In this document: in pieces, positions 33,530 to 44,576 of the stretch | How positions within the stretch are numbered: position 1 is the stretch's first letter | Layout: every line of letters starts with the position of its first letter | NCBI GenBank assembly: GCA_963747235.1 | Contig: CAVVEU010000029.1 | Span: forward strand, 32,001-96,000 | Direction of reading: 5' to 3' | DNA: 64,000 bases | Origin: an uncultured Candidatus Rokubacteria bacterium | Lineage (GTDB): Bacteria; Methylomirabilota; Methylomirabilia; Rokubacteriales; CSP1-6 | The notes under the pieces: model-generated | The model's input: only the letters and a program-made list of their open reading frames with translations | Database searches by the model: none | What the model was told of the DNA's origin: nothing | Translations under genes and position numbers: made by a program

Positions 33530-35329
33530 TCAGCCGGCGTGACCCACGGTGAGGGTGGCGGAACGACTTCCGATCTCGGCGATGAGCTCGGCCACGATGC
33601 GCTCCACCGGCACCGCGCCCACGTCTTCGCCCGTGCGGCGGCGCAGGCTGGCCGCGCCGCTCTGGGCCTCGCGCTCTCCCACGACCAGCATGTACGGCAC
33701 CTTGCGCATCTGGGCGTCGCGGATGCGGTAGCCCAGCTTCTCGTTGCGATCGTCGAGCTCGGCGCGGATGCGCGCGGCGCGGAGGGCCGCGAAGACCTTC
33801 CGCCCGTACTCGGCGTGCTTCTCGCTGATCGGGAGCACGCGGGCCTGCACCGGGGCCAGCCAGGTCGGGAAGGCGCCCGCGAAGTGCTCGGTCAGGATCG
33901 CCACGAAGCGCTCGTAGGAGCCGAAGATCGCGCGGTGGATCACCACCGGCCGCTTGGCCTGCCCGTCCGTGTCGATGTACTCGCACTGCATGCGCTCGGG
34001 CAGCATCGTGAGGTCCACCTGGATGGTGGCGAGCTGCCACTGCCGCCCCAGCGCGTCCTCCACGTCGATGTCGATCTTGGGCCCGTAGAAGGCGCCGCCG
34101 CCCTTGTCCAGATCGGAGACGAGATCGTTCGCGCGCAGAGCCTGGTGGAGCGCGTCCTCCGCCTGGTCCCACTGCTGCTCGGTCCCGAGCTTGTCGGGCG
34201 GCCGCGTGGCGAGCCGGTACGAGGGCTGCAGGTTGAAGGTGGCGTACCACTCGCGCACCAGCTGGAGGAGGTCCGTGATCTCGGACTGGACCTGTTCCGG
34301 CCGGCAGTAGAGGTGCGCGTCGTCCTGGGTGAACTGGCGCACCCGCACCAGCCCGGACAGCGCGCCGGAGCGCTCGTTGCGGTGGTCGCGCCCCATCTCC
34401 GAGTAGCGGATGGGCAGATCGCGGTAGGAGCGGAGCGCCCGCTTGTAGACGAGGGCGGACTCCGGGCAGTTCATGGGCTTGAGGCTGAAGACCTCGTCCT
34501 CGACCTCGAACTTGAACATGTTGTCCTGGTAGAGGTCCCAGTGCCCGGACTGCTCCCAGAGCTTCTTGTTCACGAGCAGCGGGGTGGCGATCTCCTGGTA
34601 GCCGCGCGCGTCGAGCGACTCGCGGGCGAACTTCTCCAGCTCGCGCACCAGGATCATCCCGCCGGGCAGCCAGAACGGCGCGCCCGGCGCGATGTCGAAG
34701 AAGTCGAACAGGTCGAGCTCGCGCCCGAGCTTGCGGTGATCGCGCTTCTTCGCTTCCTCGAGCCGCCAGACGTGCTTGTCCAGCTCCTCCTGGGTGAGCC
34801 AGGCCGTCCCGTAGATCCGCTGCAGCATCGGGTTCTTCTCGTCCCCGCGCCAGTAGGCGCCGGAGCTCGAGAGCAGCTTGAAGGCCTTGAGCTGGCCGGT
34901 CGACGTGACGTGGGGCCCGCGGCAGAGGTCGAGGAAATCGCCCTGCCGGTAGATCGAGACCGTCGGCGCCTCGATGCCGCGCAGGATCTCGACCTTGAAC
35001 GGCTCGCCCCGCTCCTCGAAGAAGGTGATGGCCTTCTCCCGCGGCATGTCTTCTCGGATGAAGGGGAGGTCGCTCTTCACGATCTCGCGCATCACCTGCT
35101 CGATGCGCTCGAGGTCCTCCGGGGTGAACGGGGTCGCCTTCAGGAAGTCGTAGTAGAACCCGTCCTCGATGGCCGGGCCGATGGCCACCTTCACCTCGGG
35201 GAAGAGCCGCTTCACCGCCTGGGCCATCACGTGGGACGTGGAATGGCGCAGGGTGGGCAGGGGCTCGGGGAGGCAGTCGAACTCCCCCGCGAACTCCAGG
35301 TGCCGCGCTTCTTCAGACGATTCGGCCAT
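33530..35329 (-). CDS. thrS: Threonine--tRNA ligase (no TGS domain)
   Basis: RHSTSH, DLCRGPH, KPMNCP, AFYGPKID. Confidence 0.97.
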   Translation of the reverse strand: MAESSEEARHLEFAGEFDCLPEPLPTLRHSTSHVMAQAVKRLFPEVKVAIGPAIEDGFYYDFLKATPFTPEDLERIEQVMREIVKSDLPFIREDMPREKAITFFEERGEPFKVEILRGIEAPTVSIYRQGDFLDLCRGPHVTSTGQLKAFKLLSSSGAYWRGDEKNPMLQRIYGTAWLTQEELDKHVWRLEEAKKRDHRKLGRELDLFDFFDIAPGAPFWLPGGMILVRELEKFARESLDARGYQEIATPLLVNKKLWEQSGHWDLYQDNMFKFEVEDEVFSLKPMNCPESALVYKRALRSYRDLPIRYSEMGRDHRNERSGALSGLVRVRQFTQDDAHLYCRPEQVQSEITDLLQLVREWYATFNLQPSYRLATRPPDKLGTEQQWDQAEDALHQALRANDLVSDLDKGGGAFYGPKIDIDVEDALGRQWQLATIQVDLTMLPERMQCEYIDTDGQAKRPVVIHRAIFGSYERFVAILTEHFAGAFPTWLAPVQARVLPISEKHAEYGRKVFAALRAARIRAELDDRNEKLGYRIRDAQMRKVPYMLVVGEREAQSGAASLRRRTGEDVGAVPVERIVAELIAEIGSRSATLTVGHAG

Positions 35330-35350
35330 GATTCCCCTGTTTCTAGAGAC

Positions 35351-35384
35351 AACAAAGCATCACAGGGCTGCGCCCGGTGATGCT
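35351..35384 (-). terminator. Hairpin/terminator between tRNA-Val and thrS
   Basis: agcatcac...gtgatgct stem followed by ttgttg on the minus strand. Confidence 0.45.
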
Positions 35385-35457
35385 CGCAACTCCCTCACTC
35401 GCTCACGCGCGACCAGCTAGCGATGCGCACCCCCAAAGGTGCTGCCGTGAAACGAAA

Positions 35458-35532
35458 TGGTAGGCTCGGGCGGTTTCGAACCGCCGACCTCTACCGTGTC
35501 AAGGTAGCGCTCTCCCACTGAGCTACGAGCCT
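35458..35532 (-). tRNA. tRNA-Val (GAC)
   Basis: 75-nt cloverleaf, ctacc-ttGACac-ggtag anticodon arm, GGTTCGAAA T-loop, CCA. Confidence 0.96.
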
Positions 35533-35577
35533 ACGCCCCGAAAGCATTGAATACACTACCGGCCGCGGCCTTCCCCG

Positions 35578-37040
35578 TCAAGGGGAACGGCCCGCGGCCA
35601 GCCCGTCCAGGACCGTCTCGATGAGGCCCGGACCGTCTTCCGGCGCCAGGAGGACCCGGGAGGCCGCCAGCATCGAGTAGCCGTCCTGCCCCCGGGCCAG
35701 GTAGTCGGGCACCGCCACCCGGTAGAGGCCGGCCGGGTCGAGTGGCCGCCCCTCGATCACGATCGCCCCGACCCGCTGGCCGGGAGGCCGGGTCGGGTCC
35801 ACGGTCATCTGGATCCCGGCGGTCTGGAGAAAATGGCCGGTGGGCCGCGGCAGCTCGTCCACCGAGCGCTCGAGCGCGGCCCGGAGGGCCACCCCCGTCA
35901 CCTCGAGCAGCGTCACCGTGTTGGCTGAAGGGCAGCAGCTCGCGGACGTCCTTCTTCGTGATGGGGCCCGGCGGGATCACCCGGTTGCCGCGAATGGCCC
36001 CGCTGTTGAGCAGCCCCACCTGGGCGCCCATGCGATTGCGCAGCAGCCCCGCGAGGAACCGGCCGAGCGGCGTCTCCTCGCGGCGCGTCAGGCTCTCCCG
36101 CGCGTCGAGGGCCACCAGGGTGCGCCCCACCTCCACGTCGAGCTCCCGCGCCAGCAGCGCGGCCTGCTGCCGCACGAGGGCGACGATGTCGGCGGCCTCG
36201 GCCAGGCGCTCGTCCACCGGGATCAAGCGCTGGCGGCGGGCGATCACCGCGCCGCAGCGGACCTCGTACTCGACCTGGCCCACGTTCAGCGCGTCGGAGC
36301 CGGCCTTGACGATCACGGCCCGGCCCTCCTCGTGCAGCATGGGATCGTGGTCGTGCCCGCCCAGGATCGCGTCCACGCGCCACCGCGGCGGCCAGCTCGC
36401 GGTCCTGGCGGAGCGGCAGGTGCGTCACCGCCACGCGCAGATCCAGCGGCCCGAGCGCGGCGAAGGCGGCGCGGCCCGCCGCGAGCGGGTCGTCGAAGCG
36501 CAGGCCCGCGCCGGGATTGGACGTGCGCGCCGCCTCGGGCGTGGTGAGCCCGACGACGCCGACGCGCACCCCGTCGAAGTCCCACGCGCGCCCGCGCTCG
36601 GCGCCGCCGAACGGCTGCCCGGTGGCGCGATCGAGCACGTTGGCCGACAGCCACGGGAAGCGCGACTCGCTCACGCGCCGGGCCAGCACCGCGGCCCCGA
36701 AATCGAACTCGTGGTTGCCGAAGGTGGCGACGTCGAGCCCCACCGCGTTCCAGCCCTCGATCATCTGCGCCCCCTGCCGCAGCGTCGAGAGCAGCGACGG
36801 CGAGAGCGTGTCCCCGGCCAGGGCGAAGAGCGTGTGGGGGGTCTGGCGGCGCAGCTCGCGCACCAGCGTCGCCACGCGGGCGAGCCCGCCGCGGCCGGCC
36901 ACCGGCTCGAGCACGTAGACGTCGTTGACGAGCAGGAGCTGGATGCGGACCGGCGGGCGATCCGCGCAGCGCGTCTCCGCGCAGCCCGCGCAGACGATCA
37001 GCGCCAGCAGGGCCAACGAGAAGAGGCGGACGGGCGGCTT
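35578..37040 (-). CDS. Bifunctional metallophosphatase/5'-nucleotidase, frameshifted
   Basis: NDVY, AGDTLS, GNHEFD, LGGHDH, NSGAIR and DYLARGQDGY across three frames. Confidence 0.85.
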
Positions 37041-37047
37041 CAGGGAG

Positions 37048-37972
37048 CTAGCGGAGGAACTGGTTCACGAGGCCGCTCACGATCTGGTACTTGAACTGAC
37101 CGTTGATCGCGAGCGTCTGCTTGGCGATCGTCGTCGGGCACCGGCGGGAACGGCTGCGCCAGCTTGACGGCGGTGAGCGCGGCATCGTCGAGGATGGTGG
37201 TGCCCGAGGAATGGCGCAGCTCGATGTGCGAGAGGCGGCCGTCCTTGGCGATGTGGAACTCGATCAGCAGCTCGCCCTCGATCCCCCGGTCCCCGGCCTG
37301 GCGCGGATAGATCCAGTTGGCCTTGATCCGCTCCCGGATCTTGTTGAAGTAGTCCTGATACTTCGGCTCCGGCGTATCGAGCGGGATCGGCTCGCCCTCC
37401 ACACCGCCCCGGCCGCCGCCGGTGAGCCCCCCACCGCCCCCGGGCTGCCGCCGCATGCTGTCCAGCGGACGCGCGACCGCGACCTGGGGCGCCGCCGGCG
37501 GTGCGGACACGGCGGGCTGGCTCGGCGCGGTCTGTGACGGCTGCGTGTCGGGCGCCGCGGGCCGCGGCTCCGGCGTCTTGACCATGGGCTCGGGCGTGGG
37601 GTCCGCCTTGGCGACGGCCTGCGGCGGCGCGGGAGCGGGCGGGGTCGGGCGCGGAGCGGGCGCTCGCGGCGCCTCGGCCGCGCGGGGTGGTGGCGCGGGC
37701 GGTCTGGCCGGCGGGCTGGGCGGCCGATCGCGCACTTCAGGTGGCGTCACCGGTCGCGACGGGTTGCCGAGCGGGGCCTTCTCCTCCGGCCGATCGGGGG
37801 TGATGTCCACCAGCAGCGGCTCCCCGCGCTTGCTGAACTGCGCCGGCTGCAGGAACCCCGGGATCACGACGAAGGGCACGATCAGGAACAGGTGAAACAG
37901 CACCGACGTCACGATGGCCAGAGCCAGCGTGCGTTGGGCCCGGTCCTTGGGGAGCCGAATCCTCCACTTCAC
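37048..37972 (-). CDS. TonB-family protein
   Basis: TM helix with SxxxH, proline-rich spacer, YP..A..GIEG..LDDAAL C-terminal domain; frameshift near the 3' end. Confidence 0.85.
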
Positions 37973-38197
37973 GCGGTCAATTATGGCATGCCCGCCCGCC
38001 GTCCGCGGGACGGGGCGGCAGCGGCCTCCCCCTTCGTTATCGCGAACTTCATGACGAATTGTGTCCGTCTGGTGACACGCGGCGGCGGCCTTGCGCGGTC
38101 CCCACCCGGAACCGCCATCTCTTAACGCAAGAATTTCACGCCTTTGCACCGTTCACGACTTGGCACGACCCTGGAAAGCAAGAGGACCCCCAAGGCC

Positions 38198-39016
38198 ATG
38201 AGACTCCTGACCAAACTGCCCGTCGCGGTGGCCGTCCTGCTCCTGCTGGCCACCTCCCCGTCCGCCCAGCAGCCACAGCCGCTCGCGTTCGGGGTGCTGA
38301 ACCAGCAGAGCCCGGCGCTGACCGCGGAGCGCTGGAACCCGATCCTGCACTATGCGGGCACGGTGAGCGGCGTGCCGCTCCAGCTCAAGATGGGCCGGAC
38401 CGTGCAGGACACCAACGCGATGATGGCCCGCGGGGAGTTCGACTTCGTCTTCACGAATCACAACTTCCAGTCGGAGTTCGACACCATCGGCTTCAAGGTG
38501 ATCGCCCGCTGGGCGGGCGAGCCGATCCGCGCGGTCATCGCGGTGCCGGCGGACAGCCCGATCCAGCACCTGCACGAGCTGGACGGCAAGCGGGTGTCCT
38601 TCCCGTCCACGGACGCCTTCGTCGGCTACGCGGTCCCGCTCGTGGCCCTCAAGCGGGCGGGCGTGCGCGTCGAGCAGATGTTCGGCGGCAACCAGGAAGG
38701 CACGCTCGCGCAGGTCAAGGCGAAGCGCGTCGAGGCGGGAGCGGTCAACTCGCGGTTCCTCAGCCAGTACGCGGAGCGTGAGCACGTGCAGTTCCGCGAG
38801 ATCTACGTGTCCGAGGGCTTTCCCGACCTCGCGGTGATCGCGCATCCCCGCGTGCCCGCGGCCACGGTGGAGCGCGTCCGCCGCGCCCTGCTCGGGATGA
38901 GCGGCGATCCCAATGCGGCGCCCGTCCTCGCCACGGCCAAGTCCAAGGGCTTCGAGCCGGCGGGCGATCGCGACTACGACGGCGTCCGCCGCGTGTACCG
39001 GCTCATCGGCCAGTGA
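38198..39016 (+). CDS. PhnD-like phosphate/phosphite/phosphonate substrate-binding protein
   Basis: Signal peptide, [23 protein letters not shown] end. Confidence 0.8.
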   Translation: MRLLTKLPVAVAVLLLLATSPSAQQPQPLAFGVLNQQSPALTAERWNPILHYAGTVSGVPLQLKMGRTVQDTNAMMARGEFDFVFTNHNFQSEFDTIGFKVIARWAGEPIRAVIAVPADSPIQHLHELDGKRVSFPSTDAFVGYAVPLVALKRAGVRVEQMFGGNQEGTLAQVKAKRVEAGAVNSRFLSQYAEREHVQFREIYVSEGFPDLAVIAHPRVPAATVERVRRALLGMSGDPNAAPVLATAKSKGFEPAGDRDYDGVRRVYRLIGQ

Positions 39017-41408
39017 AGTCCAGCCTCCGCACCCTGCTCCTCGGCTTCTCGAGCGTGGCGATCGTCGTCGTCACGCTGAGCGGCCTCGCGGTCAACCTGC
39101 GCGATCGGAGCAACGCGGCCCGGGTGCGGCTGAGCGAGCAGACCGAGCGGCTCGCCACCGCGGCGGGCCCGTTGCTGCTCGACTCGCTCGTGGTCGGCGA
39201 CCTCGCGCGCGCGGAGCAGACGCTGCGGAACCTGAACGCGGACTCGGTGTGGAGCCTGGTCACCCTCTACGAGGCCGACGGGACCCGGCTCATCTTCGAC
39301 GCCTCCCCGGATAATCTTCGCCGCTCCGGGGCGCCCCGCTGGGTCAAGCACCTGGTGCCGCTGACCCTCGAGGAGCATCGTGTGCCGATCGCGGCGGCGC
39401 CGGTCGTCTACGGCATCCTCGCGGTCACCCCCTCGGTACAGAGCCTGGAGAGCGAGCTCTGGGCCGAGATCCGCACCATGATCGCGGTCACCGGCGTGCT
39501 GCTGGTGACCCTGCTCGGCCTCACCCACGTGATCCTGCTCGTCGGCCTTCGCCCGGTGCGCGCCCTCGCCGAGAGCGCGGCGCGGCTCGGGAGCGGTGAT
39601 CTCACCACCCGGATGCCCGAGACCCGGCTGAGCGAGATGGCGCCCACCGTGCGCGCCTTCAACTCGATGGCGGCCAGCCTCGAGCAGGCCCTGCACGATG
39701 CCCGCACCCGCGAGGCCCGGCTGGAGAGCCTCGTCGAGATCAGCGGCGACCTGTCCCGGATGCAGGAGCTCGACTCCCTCCTCGGGCGCATCGCCGACGC
39801 GTGCGGGCGCCTCGTCAACACCGACTGGGTGGGCTTCCGCCTGGTGGACGGCGACGAGCTGGTCGTCGCGGGCACGCTCGACGGCGGCAAGCACATGCCG
39901 GTGAAGCCGCGGATCAAGATCGGCGAGAGCCTGGACGGCCGCGTCGCGAGCACCGGCCGGGCCCTGATGCTCCGGGACCCCGCCAACCATCCCGACCTGG
40001 ACCCCGAGCACGCGGCCTCGATGCGGCTCTTCGGCTACCGCGGGCTCCTCATGGTGCCGGCCAAGATCGGCGACCGCGTGGTCGGCGTGCTGAGCTTCCT
40101 CACCACCCGCGAGGAGGGCTTCACGGCGGAGGACATGGCCATCGCCACCGCCTTCGCCTCCCACGCCGCGATCGCGCTCGAGAACAGCCGCCTGCTCCTC
40201 GAGTCCCGGCGCGCCTACGACGAGCTGGCCGAGACCCAGGGCCAGCTCGAGCAGGCCCAGAAGATGGACGCGATCGGCCGCCTCGCGGGCGGGGTCGCGC
40301 ACGACTTCAACAACCTGCTCACCGTCATCCTCGGGCGCACCGACATCCTGCTGCACCCGCTGAAGCCGCGAGGACCCGATGCGGCGCGGCATCGAGCTGA
40401 TCCAGCGCACCGCCGGCCGCGCGGCCGACCTGACGCGCCAGCTCCTCGCCTTCAGCCGCAAGCAGGTGCTCGAGCCCGTCGTCCTCGACCTGAGCGCGGT
40501 GACCACGGACATGAAGGACCTGCTCGGGCGCCTGATCGGCGAGGACATCGCGCTCCTGACCACGCCGACGCCGGGGCTCGGCCGCGTGAAGGCCGACCGC
40601 GGCCAGATCGAGCAGGTGGTCATGAACCTGGCGGTCAACGCGCGCGACGCCATGCCCCAGGGCGGCCGCCTCATCCTCGAGACCGCGAACGTGGAGCTCG
40701 ACGACGAGTACGTGCGGCGGCACGTGGGCGCGCGGCCGGGATCCCACGTCATGCTCGCGGTCTCCGATACCGGCACCGGCATCGCCGCGCGAGATCCAGG
40801 CCCAGATCTTCGAACCGTTCTTCACGACCAAGGAGCAGGGCAAGGGCACCGGCCTGGGCCTGGCCACCGTGTACGGGATCGTCAAGCAGAGCGGCGGCTA
40901 CATCGAGGTGGACAGCGAGCCGGGCCAGGGCACCACCTTCCGCATCTACCTCCCGCGGCTCGACGCGGCGGCGGTGACGGTGGACCGGAGCGCGCGGCCG
41001 GCCGCGGCCGCGGGGGGCACCGAGACCATCCTCCTGGTGGAGGACGAGGAGGGCGTGCGCGAGCTCGCGCGCGACATCCTCCGGGCCAGCGGCTACACGG
41101 TGCTCGAGGCGCGCAACGGCGCCGAGGCCCTCCTGCTCTGCGAGCGGCACCAGGGCCCGCTCGACATGCTGCTCACCGACGTGGTCATGCCCCGCATGAG
41201 CGGCCGCGAGCTGGCCGAGCGCCTGGCTCCGCTACGGCCCGAGCTGAGCGTGCTGTACATGTCGGGCTACACCGACGACGCGGTCATCCGCCACGGGGTG
41301 CTGGCCGCCGGCACCGCCTTCCTGCAGAAGCCGTTCACGCCCGCCGCCCTGGTCCTGCGCGTCCGCGAGACGCTCGACCTCACCGCCGCGGCGAACGCCG
41401 CCGCCTGA
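39013..41408 (+). CDS. Hybrid histidine kinase (TM-HAMP-GAF-HisKA-HATPase-REC), two frameshifts
   Basis: [41 protein letters not shown]. Confidence 0.9.
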
Positions 41409-41415
41409 CCGCCGC

Positions 41416-42432
41416 CTAGAGCCCCCGCCCCACCGCCTCCGCCACCGGCCGGAGCTCGCGCATGAGCTGGGCGAACTTCGACGGCTTGAGCGACTGCGGC
41501 CCGTCCGACAGCGCTTCTTCCGGCCGCGGGTGCACCTCGATGATGAGCCCGTCCGCCCCGCACGCCACCGCGGCCTTGGCCATCGGGGCCACCAGGTCCC
41601 AGTGCCCGGTGCCGTGCGAGGGATCCACCACCACCGGCAGGTGGCAGAGCTTCTTGAGCACCGGCACCGCGTTCAGGTCCAGCGTGAACCGCGTGGCGGG
41701 CTCGAAGGTACGGATGCCGCGCTCGCAGAGGATCACGTTGGGATTGCCCGCGGCGAGGATGTACTCGGCCGAGAGCAGGAACTCCTGGATCGTGGTGGCC
41801 ATGCCGCGCTTGAGCAGCACCGGCTTGCCGATCTCGCCGACCCGGCGGAGCAGGGAGAAGTTCTGGATGTTCCGCGCCCCGATCTGGAGGATGTCGCTGT
41901 ACTCCGCCACCACCTCCACGCTCTCGGTCTCGAGCACCTCGGTGACCACCGGCAGGCCGGTGCGCTTGCGCGCCTCCGCCAGGTAGCGGAGCCCCTGCTC
42001 CTTCAGCCCCTGGAAGGCGTAGGGCGAGGTGCGCGGCTTGTAGGCTCCGCCTCTCAGAATCTTGGCGCCCGATTCCTTGACCGCCTCCGCCACCTCGAGC
42101 ATCTGCGCCTCGGATTCGACCGAGCAGGGCCCCGCCATCACCACCACGTCGCGGCCGCCCACCGTGACCCCGTTGATGCGCACCTCGCTCGACTCGCGGC
42201 GCACTTCGCGGCTGGCCAGCTTGAACGGCTGCTGCACGGGCATGACCGACTCGACGGTCTCCAGCGCCTCGAGCAGGCGCAGGTCGGGCCGGCCGCGCTC
42301 CTCGCCGACCGCGGCCACGATGGTCTTGAACTCGCCGCGGATGACGTGGGGGCCGTAGCCCATCTCGGTGATGCGGCGGCACACGTCGTTCACGTCGGCG
42401 TCGCTGATACCGGACCTGAGTACGATGATCAT
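41416..42432 (-). CDS. aroF: DAHP synthase, type I-beta with N-terminal regulatory domain
   Basis: [39 protein letters not shown]. Confidence 0.95.
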   Translation of the reverse strand: MIIVLRSGISDADVNDVCRRITEMGYGPHVIRGEFKTIVAAVGEERGRPDLRLLEALETVESVMPVQQPFKLASREVRRESSEVRINGVTVGGRDVVVMAGPCSVESEAQMLEVAEAVKESGAKILRGGAYKPRTSPYAFQGLKEQGLRYLAEARKRTGLPVVTEVLETESVEVVAEYSDILQIGARNIQNFSLLRRVGEIGKPVLLKRGMATTIQEFLLSAEYILAAGNPNVILCERGIRTFEPATRFTLDLNAVPVLKKLCHLPVVVDPSHGTGHWDLVAPMAKAAVACGADGLIIEVHPRPEEALSDGPQSLKPSKFAQLMRELRPVAEAVGRGL

Positions 42433-42471
42433 GTGACTCCTCCTGTTTGGCTGCGCTCTTCTCGCGTTTGG

Positions 42472-42508
42472 AAACAGAAACGCCGCGGGCTGTTGGCCCG
42501 CGGCGTTT
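42472..42508 (-). terminator. Attenuator terminator upstream of aroF
   Basis: aaacgccgcgggc-caaca-gcccgcggcgttt perfect 13-bp stem followed by ctgttt. Confidence 0.85.
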
Positions 42509-42559
42509 ATCTTCTAGCTGGCGCCACGGGCGGCTCGTCCGCCCGTGGCTCCCTTTCGT

Positions 42560-42658
42560 TCAGCTCATGGGAGCCAGTAGGCGGACGGTGGGAAAGTAAA
42601 AATACGCCCGCCACGCGTGGTGTTGGCGCGTCGTCGTCCCGGTGCCCGTCGTGCTCAC
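42560..42658 (-). CDS. Aromatic-amino-acid leader peptide (32 aa, MSTTGTGTTTRQHHAWRAYFYFPTVRLLAPMS)
   Basis: GGAGG RBS, GTG start, TGG and TAT-TTT-TAC-TTT codons, followed by alternative stems and the terminator. Confidence 0.75.
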   Translation of the reverse strand: MSTTGTGTTTRQHHAWRAYFYFPTVRLLAPMS

Positions 42659-42688
42659 TGGCTCGAAGTCCTCCAAAGTGGAGCGAGT

Positions 42689-43432
42689 CTACGAGTCCCG
42701 CTTCTCGCTGTCAAGCTCCCCGTTGGGCCCCTCACCGCGGGCCACGCTGCGCCCGTGGAACCAGACCATGATCCGGTGGCGGTAGTAGTACAGCGGCAGG
42801 GCCACCGCCACCGCGACCGCGCTGACCAGGATGGCCTGCATGTAGTCCCCGGCCGCGGTATGCGCCCCCTGGGCCGAGAGCACCCAGGTGCCGGGGATGC
42901 GCCCGAGTCCCGAGACCAGCGCGAACACCCAGAGCGGCATCGGGCTGATCCCGAAGAGATAGCAGACGATGTCCTTCGGCAATCCCGGGATCAGGTAGAC
43001 GATGAAGCACAGGACCGCACCCTCGGCCTCGACGATGAAACCGAGCCGGTTCCAGGTCTCCGGGCTCACCAGGTTCTTCACGTAGTGGGCGCCGAGCCAG
43101 CGGCCGATCGCGAAGGCCCCGACGGAGCCCAGGGTGAGGCCGATGGTGGAGTAGAGCAGCCCCAGCCACTGCCCGAAGAGATAGCCGCCGAGGATGCCGG
43201 TCGCCTCGCCCGGGATCGGCGACACGATGACCTGCAGGGCCTGGAGCGCGATGAAGATGACCGGCGCGAGGACACCCCATTCCCGCAGCGTCTTCTTCAG
43301 GAAGATCTTGTCCACGTACAGCCGGACGATGAACTGGTAGATGGGCGCGTTCGTCACCACGAGCCAGACGCAGCCGGCGATGATCAGCCCCGCGACGCCG
43401 ATGATGATACCCCAGCGCGTGCGCCGGCTCAT
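42689..43432 (-). CDS. TVP38/TMEM64 (DedA/VTT) membrane protein
   Basis: LQVIVSPIPGE..GGYLFG, LIPGLPKD. Confidence 0.85.
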   Translation of the reverse strand: MSRRTRWGIIIGVAGLIIAGCVWLVVTNAPIYQFIVRLYVDKIFLKKTLREWGVLAPVIFIALQALQVIVSPIPGEATGILGGYLFGQWLGLLYSTIGLTLGSVGAFAIGRWLGAHYVKNLVSPETWNRLGFIVEAEGAVLCFIVYLIPGLPKDIVCYLFGISPMPLWVFALVSGLGRIPGTWVLSAQGAHTAAGDYMQAILVSAVAVAVALPLYYYRHRIMVWFHGRSVARGEGPNGELDSEKRDS

Positions 43433-43481
43433 CCGAGCGTCCCCATTGACACCCCGGCCATCAGGCCCTCGGCCTCCTAGG

Positions 43482-44534
43482 TCAGGTGGCCGCGGGCACG
43501 CCCGACGAGCCAGGCCGCCCGAACCGGCCGTAGCGCGGCCACCAGCGCGGGAGGAACGGCTGCATCGCCGCGAGCTGGGTGAGCATCGCGAACCAGCGCG
43601 TGGGCGTGTGGGCGGCCATCCACTGGGCGAGCTGCAGCACGCGGTAGGGCCGGCGGTAGCACGCGACGAGGCGCTGGTAGGCCTCGAGCCCGGCCTCGAG
43701 CGACACGGCCCCATCGAGCACGCGCTGGACGATGCGGCCGCACTCGCCGCCGAAGTAGAGCGCGGGGCGGATGCCTTCCGCGGTGAGCGGCAGGCACTGC
43801 CCGGCCGCGTCGCCGACCGCGAACACGCGGCCCACCGTGGAGCGGAGCGGCCGGTTCGGGAAGTAGGTGCCGTGATACGAGCCGGCCGCCGTGCCGTGAT
43901 CCTTCAGCAGCCGATCGAGCGCGGGCTTGAGCTTCGACCGGCCGGCGTAGGACCCGAGGCCGACCAGGCTGCCGTGGCCGACGGGAAAGATCCAGCCCAG
44001 GCCCTGCGGGATGAGGCGGCGATCGAGCAGGAAGGTCAGGCCCTCGTCCTGGAGGGTGGTGTGGGTCTCGAGTCCGAAGGAATGCCGGGCGGGCTCAGCG
44101 TCGGCGCCGCCGACCAGCGCGCGCCGCCAGCCCGAGCAGTCCACGATCACGGGCGCGGTGAACCGTCCCGCGGTGGTAACGACCGTCCCGTCCTCGATGC
44201 CGGTCACCGAGGTGCGCAGGAAGCGGGCACGACACTGCGCCAGCAGCCCCTCGCAGAAGGCCCGGTAGTCGAACGTGCAGAACGGGACCGCCGAGAGATC
44301 GTAGCGAACCGTGCGGGTGGGCGTGCGGATCTCGAGCCGGTCGTGCACCTGCAAGACGCTGGCGGACACGCCGAGGGCTTCGGGAACCCAGAGCGGGGTG
44401 CCGCACGCGGAGGTCTGCACGCTGCCGACCTCGTTGCGATCGAGGAGCAGTACCTCTCCCCGGAGCTGGCGGGCGACGGCGAGGCCGCCGAAGCTGGCCC
44501 CGACCACGATGGCATCGTAATCTCGGGCGGGCAT
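43482..44534 (-). CDS. FAD-dependent oxidoreductase, geranylgeranyl reductase-like
   Basis: VVGASFGGL, WIFP, VGDAAG..PLTAEGI. Confidence 0.8.
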   Translation of the reverse strand: MPARDYDAIVVGASFGGLAVARQLRGEVLLLDRNEVGSVQTSACGTPLWVPEALGVSASVLQVHDRLEIRTPTRTVRYDLSAVPFCTFDYRAFCEGLLAQCRARFLRTSVTGIEDGTVVTTAGRFTAPVIVDCSGWRRALVGGADAEPARHSFGLETHTTLQDEGLTFLLDRRLIPQGLGWIFPVGHGSLVGLGSYAGRSKLKPALDRLLKDHGTAAGSYHGTYFPNRPLRSTVGRVFAVGDAAGQCLPLTAEGIRPALYFGGECGRIVQRVLDGAVSLEAGLEAYQRLVACYRRPYRVLQLAQWMAAHTPTRWFAMLTQLAAMQPFLPRWWPRYGRFGRPGSSGVPAAT

Positions 44535-44576
44535 TTTCGGTCACAGCATACCCTAAAACCCCGTCAAAAAAGGCGG

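Noticed and set aside
35330-35457. T-box riboswitch upstream of thrS
   Set aside because: No GGTGGNACCGCG T-box motif and too little space for stem I; only a hairpin is supported.
37420-37760. Low-complexity GC-rich repeats
   Set aside because: Explained by the proline-rich TonB spacer.
38158-38178. Sigma-54 promoter TGGCACG upstream of the PhnD-like gene
   Set aside because: The -12 element reads TGGA instead of TTGC.
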